A DNA stretch of 64,000 nucleotides from an uncultured virus (IMG/VR IMGVR_UViG_2061766007_000813) (Duplodnaviria > Heunggongvirae > Uroviricota > Caudoviricetes), in the IMG/VR virus record IMGVR_UViG_2061766007_000813; one strand, 5' to 3'. A model generated the notes under the pieces. It saw only the letters and a program-made list of their open reading frames with translations, made no database searches and was not told where the DNA came from. This document shows positions 59,906-64,000 of the stretch, in pieces; position 1 is the stretch's first letter; each line of letters opens with the position of its first letter. A program made the position numbers and the translations under genes.

Positions 59906-59977
59906 TTTCCGTTTATATTCTCCTTGTATAATAAATGTGTTTTTCACGCAATTATTATTTAAAAAGGAGAATGAAAA

Positions 59978-60388
59978 ATGGATAAAGTCAAAATCGCGAA
60001 AGAATTGCTGGTCATCGCCAAAAACCTGATGGCAGCAGAAGAAAAGACAGCCAAGGATTTCATCAAGGAATATTCCTACAAGGATGCGAATAGTGATTTC
60101 GAGACGAAGGATGTCAACCGTGGCGAAGGCAAGTTGACCTTCACGGTCTTCCTGACTGGCGCAATCCAGCTCGATGTCGAAGTCGAAGTGTCTGGCGAAG
60201 ACAACCTCGAAGGCAAGGTCACGACCAAATGGAAGGTTGACAACTACGTTTACAAGAACGGTGGTTTCGCCCCTGAAACCACGCCGAAGACCACGGATGT
60301 CAAAGGCACGTATGGTCAGGTCACTGCTCAGGTGACTGAAGCCGTTGCGAAATGCACCGAAGGTCTTTCCCTTGCAAAAGGTCACTAA
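59978..60388 (+). CDS. Hypothetical protein with KIAK-leader motif
   Basis: AAGGAG SD, then MDKVKIAKELLVIAKNLMA; GTATAATA upstream at about 59926. Confidence 0.8.
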   Translation: MDKVKIAKELLVIAKNLMAAEEKTAKDFIKEYSYKDANSDFETKDVNRGEGKLTFTVFLTGAIQLDVEVEVSGEDNLEGKVTTKWKVDNYVYKNGGFAPETTPKTTDVKGTYGQVTAQVTEAVAKCTEGLSLAKGH

Positions 60389-60413
60389 GAGTTTAGTAAA
60401 CTAAACAGTCATG

Positions 60414-60447
60414 AAAAGGAGGAGGAAGTTTTTTCTCCTCCTTTTTT
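60414..60447 (+). terminator. Intrinsic terminator
   Basis: AAAAGGAGGAG/CTCCTCCTTTT stem with a T-run. Confidence 0.78.
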
Positions 60448-60458
60448 ATTGTTTTGAT

Positions 60459-60488
60459 TTGCAAAATCGGAAAAGTGGTGTATATTAT
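60459..60488 (+). promoter_or_regulatory. Sigma70-like promoter, TTGCAA-N16-TATATTAT
   Basis: Recurring motif upstream of metK. Confidence 0.65.
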
Positions 60489-60542
60489 ATAAAAGGCTGA
60501 AGACATCAGCCTGTAAAACATTTGAAAAACAAAGGAGTAAAA

Positions 60543-61685
60543 ATGAATCTGATTACATCGGAAGCGGTATCCATCGGTCATCCCGACAAAGTAGCCGACC
60601 AGATTTCGGATGCCATGCTTGATGCCTGCTTGAAGCAGGACGACAAGAGCCGTGTCGCCGTTGAGACAATGGTGACGACAAACACCGTGTTCATGGCTGG
60701 CGAGGTCACGACGCATGCCGACGTGGACATAAGTTCGCTTGTCCGCAATCTTGTCAAGGACATCGGCTATGACTTCAACGGTTTCAATTATGACAATCTG
60801 ACCATTACGAGTCATATCCACCGTCAGTCTCCAGATATCGCGATGGGTGTTGACAGGGACGGTGCTGGCGACCAAGGCATGATGTTCGGATATGCCGTGG
60901 ACAGCCCAGACACAATGTACCTGCCTGTCCAGTATTACTACGCACAGCGTATCATGGGATTCTTCCAGAATGGACGCAAGTTCGGCGACCAGTGGTGCAT
61001 GGACAATCTCCGTCCTGATGCAAAGTCCCAGATTACGTTCGACAAGGATTCTGGAAAGATGAAAACCATCGTTATCTCCCATCAGCATGTCGAAGGCATG
61101 AAGATGGATGAATTCCAGAAGACTTGCACAAAAATCATCCGCAATGCGGTGCCAGACAAGTATCTTGACCAAATCGTGTTCCTGAAACACGACGACAAGT
61201 ACGACATCAATGACGACAAGACGTTCGTGTTCCTGAATCCGACTGGTCAGTTCGTCGAAGGCGGTCCCGCTGCCGACACTGGCTTGACTGGACGCAAAAT
61301 CATCGTTGACACATACGGTGGCGAAGGTCGAATCGGCGGTGGCGCATTTTCTGGCAAAGACCCGTCCAAGGTTGACCGCTCCGCTGCGTACATGTGCCGT
61401 TATGTGGCGAAGAATCTCGTGGCGAATGGCATGTGCAAGAGGGCAGAAGTCGCCGTGGCATACGCCATCGGTGTGGCAGAGCCTGTTCAAATCATGGTCA
61501 ATACATTCGGCACTGGCGATGATGCCAAGTTGACTGAATATGTGAAGCAGAATTACAATTTCCGCCCGAAGGCGATTACCAGTCGGTTCAATCTGACGAA
61601 GCCTAAAGACTGGAAATACGCATGGACTGCTTGCAACGGACATTTCACGAATCCCAACTTCCCGTGGGAAAAAATTGAAAAATAA
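60543..61685 (+). CDS. metK: S-adenosylmethionine synthetase
   Basis: TSEAVSIGHPDK, GAGDQG, RPDAKSQ, GLTGRKIIVDTYGG and GGGAFSGKDPSKVDRS motifs. Confidence 0.97.
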   Translation: MNLITSEAVSIGHPDKVADQISDAMLDACLKQDDKSRVAVETMVTTNTVFMAGEVTTHADVDISSLVRNLVKDIGYDFNGFNYDNLTITSHIHRQSPDIAMGVDRDGAGDQGMMFGYAVDSPDTMYLPVQYYYAQRIMGFFQNGRKFGDQWCMDNLRPDAKSQITFDKDSGKMKTIVISHQHVEGMKMDEFQKTCTKIIRNAVPDKYLDQIVFLKHDDKYDINDDKTFVFLNPTGQFVEGGPAADTGLTGRKIIVDTYGGEGRIGGGAFSGKDPSKVDRSAAYMCRYVAKNLVANGMCKRAEVAVAYAIGVAEPVQIMVNTFGTGDDAKLTEYVKQNYNFRPKAITSRFNLTKPKDWKYAWTACNGHFTNPNFPWEKIEK

Positions 61686-61738
61686 TTCCCGTCATTTCAA
61701 AAATCCGTGTCATATTTATTATGACACGGATTTTTACT

Positions 61739-62473
61739 ATGATGAAATTGATTAACAACGACTGTCTGATTGAAATGGCGAAGATGGATGATGAATCCAT
61801 CGACGCAGTTGTTTGCGACCTCCCGTATTTTCAGGTCGTGAAGGATGATTTTGACAACCAGTGGAAGAACGAGACTGAATATCTCGACTGGGTTGGTCGG
61901 ATAATTGCAGAATACAACCGCTTGTTGAAGCCGAATGGAAATCTGTTCCTGTTCACGAGTCGGCAGTACAACCGTCATATTTGCATGATGCTGGATGAAT
62001 TCTTCAAGGAAAAAAGAATCATCATCTGGTGTCGAAAACGTTCGTTCAATACGACGAGGGGAAAGGCGTTGGCAAGCGGATACGAACCCATCGCGTATTA
62101 TTGCAAAGGCGACGACGGCGTATTTAACAATATCAAGATAAAACCAGACACGAACCGCAGGGAATACACGGACGGCACATTGAAGGACGGAATATGCCTT
62201 TCCGACGTATGGACGGACATCCCTGCATTGCCACACAACTCGAAAGAGAAAGTTGACCACCCGACGCAGAAGCCATTGAAGCTGATGGAACGCATCATAT
62301 CCCTCGGAACAAACGAAGAAGACGTGGTGCTGGACAATTGCATGGGGTCTGGAACGACGGGCGTGGCGTGCCTTAATCTCAACCGAGGTTTCATCGGGAT
62401 TGAAAGCGATGCCAGATACTTCAATCTGGCTACACAGAGGATTGAATCGGAAACACCAATCTGGAAAAAATAA
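61739..62473 (+). CDS. N4-cytosine/N6-adenine DNA methyltransferase (beta class)
   Basis: CDLPY catalytic motif precedes HPTQKP and VLDNCMGSGTTG. Confidence 0.92.
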   Translation: MMKLINNDCLIEMAKMDDESIDAVVCDLPYFQVVKDDFDNQWKNETEYLDWVGRIIAEYNRLLKPNGNLFLFTSRQYNRHICMMLDEFFKEKRIIIWCRKRSFNTTRGKALASGYEPIAYYCKGDDGVFNNIKIKPDTNRREYTDGTLKDGICLSDVWTDIPALPHNSKEKVDHPTQKPLKLMERIISLGTNEEDVVLDNCMGSGTTGVACLNLNRGFIGIESDARYFNLATQRIESETPIWKK

Positions 62474-62487
62474 AAAGGAGTATAATT

Positions 62488-63807
62488 ATGGAAGAACAGC
62501 AATTTGACGGATTGATTGAAAAATTTCTTGAATCGGCTTCATCGTCCATCATAACAAAAGGTGTTGTGGAGATGACGAACGGATTGATTGCAAGCGAGAG
62601 ATTCGAATTTGGGAGCGATGCCATCACATTCGGGATTGAAAGATTCGGCTATCATGATGGACTTGAGGCATTCAGGATTGTTGCGTTCGTTGAAGGCGGT
62701 CTGAAGGATTCTCTCCGTTCAAAGGCATTGCCGAGCGACATATCCTTGAATGACGCATGGAAGGTGTGCTCCAAAGGGTTCTTGACCGAAGACGGAAAGC
62801 ATCATGTGAAATTCTCCGTGTCCCGTGACATCCCGCGTGGATTCGCCACAGAACATGGGATACTTCTTGAAATGAAGGACATACTTGCAAGAATCAAGAA
62901 CTACTGCAAGATGTACGACATCGCATCAGCTCTTGTCGATGCGTTGCTGTCGATAATCAGTCGCAAGAGATATGCCATGCCTGTCGTGCAGGACGAATCA
63001 TCTGACACCATCAAAGGCGAATCCATTGCAAAGCTCGAAATTGCTGGCGATTCCAACAAAAATGGAAATTCGATGAAAGAAAAGGAAGAACCGAATGCTC
63101 TTGAGGACACCATCGGAGAGACATTCGCGAAGAACATCGGCGACAAGACCTACAAGCCAGACAAGGACAATGAAATCGACATGGCGTTGAAGGACACCGA
63201 TGAGTATGTCATCAAGAAGAATTCTTTCCTAGGAAAGTTGGTCTCGATAGCTAAGTCCACATTCGGCGAAGAACGCGATATCAAGAAGCTCGAAAAGATT
63301 TTCGAGGACGATTTCGAGCAGAAGATGCACGAGGAAATCACGCCGAAGCCCAATAAAGTCTTTGTCAAGGTCAAGAGACTCGTCCCGAATGCCAAGATGC
63401 CGTTGCGTGCGCATCCAGAGGACAAGGGAGCCGACCTGTTCGCGGTATCCAAGAAGACAATCGTCTATGGTGAGCATCGTGATGTCCTCCAGTATGGCTA
63501 CGGAATCGCGATTGAACTCCCAGTCGGATATTCCGCCCTTATCATGCCACGCTCGTCCGTTTACAAGACTGGCATGATGATGTGCAACTCCATCGGGCTG
63601 ATTGACTCTGGATACAGGGGCGAACTCATGTCTAATTTCTATGCGGATGGTGAAAGCAAGCCATACGAAGTGTCTTCAGACAAGCCGATAGCGCAATTGG
63701 TCATACCAGAGTGCCTCGCCACGGAAGTCGAATTCGTCGAAGTGGATGAACTGTCCGAAACCGAACGTGGTACAGGCGGATTCGGAAGCACGGACGCAAA
63801 ACGGTAA
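62488..63807 (+). CDS. dut: Trimeric dUTPase with an unknown N-terminal extension of about 290 aa
   Basis: GADL, PRSS, GLIDSGYRGE, AQL and RGTGGFGST motifs. Confidence 0.9.
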   Translation: MEEQQFDGLIEKFLESASSSIITKGVVEMTNGLIASERFEFGSDAITFGIERFGYHDGLEAFRIVAFVEGGLKDSLRSKALPSDISLNDAWKVCSKGFLTEDGKHHVKFSVSRDIPRGFATEHGILLEMKDILARIKNYCKMYDIASALVDALLSIISRKRYAMPVVQDESSDTIKGESIAKLEIAGDSNKNGNSMKEKEEPNALEDTIGETFAKNIGDKTYKPDKDNEIDMALKDTDEYVIKKNSFLGKLVSIAKSTFGEERDIKKLEKIFEDDFEQKMHEEITPKPNKVFVKVKRLVPNAKMPLRAHPEDKGADLFAVSKKTIVYGEHRDVLQYGYGIAIELPVGYSALIMPRSSVYKTGMMMCNSIGLIDSGYRGELMSNFYADGESKPYEVSSDKPIAQLVIPECLATEVEFVEVDELSETERGTGGFGSTDAKR

Positions 63808-63826
63808 TCACATTCATACCATCCAG

Positions 63827-64000
63827 ATGAAATACGACCATCCACAGCAGTTGGAACCGAAATGTATAGAAATCGAAATGCGTTTAAATGATGGATTCTG
63901 GCATCCTTGCTACGACTACTTTTTCGAGTCTAAGGACTACATCGTATGTCAGTCGTACAGTTCATGGAATAATCCACAGCTTCTCATTCTTGATAAGAAC
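63827..64000 (+). CDS. Partial hypothetical ORF running off the right edge
   Basis: MKYDHPQQLEPK... is open for 58 codons to the window end; no clear SD. Confidence 0.4.
   Translation, partial: MKYDHPQQLEPKCIEIEMRLNDGFWHPCYDYFFESKDYIVCQSYSSWNNPQLLILDKN

Noticed and set aside
16478..61643. Long antisense ORFs (for example 16478-17614, 22947-23996, 23609-24898, 29033-29959, 54719-55951, 60393-61643)
   Set aside because: They lie opposite well-supported genes, lack motifs, and are expected from codon bias.
1..64000. Stop-codon reassignment as seen in some large gut phages
   Set aside because: Conserved genes and a 10-kb ORF are intact in the standard code, and TAG, TGA and TAA all end genes at sensible positions.

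Overview
This window looks like part of a large dsDNA bacteriophage genome, probably a jumbo phage, assembled from metagenomic data with about 15 short N-gaps and read in the standard genetic code. Genes run leftward on the minus strand from about 28.3 kb and rightward on the plus strand from about 28.8 kb. The left arm carries a giant modular BspA-type leucine-rich-repeat (LRR) protein broken by scaffold gaps, a tail-fibre-like protein, six tandem GT2 glycosyltransferases, small proteins sharing an N-terminal KIAKEL leader, a sigma-region-4-like/NusG-like gene pair, and a PolA/T7-RNAP-palm-like protein next to the divergence point. The right arm carries a MoxR-type AAA ATPase and a distant VWA partner, Dam, an SbcC/Rad50 ATPase split into two separated genes, a 14-member tandem array of small Cys-scaffold paralogs with conserved ends and variable middles, a 3,450-aa protein ending in a five-bladed propeller, a PEP-CTERM-like secreted protein, and a DNA-modification/metabolic cluster (Mom-like, GroES-like, ParB-like, KdsC-like, MetK, DNA methyltransferase, dUTPase). 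I saw no rRNA, tRNA, CRISPR array, reverse transcriptase, capsid, terminase or integrase. All family calls come from motif recognition by eye, not from database searches.
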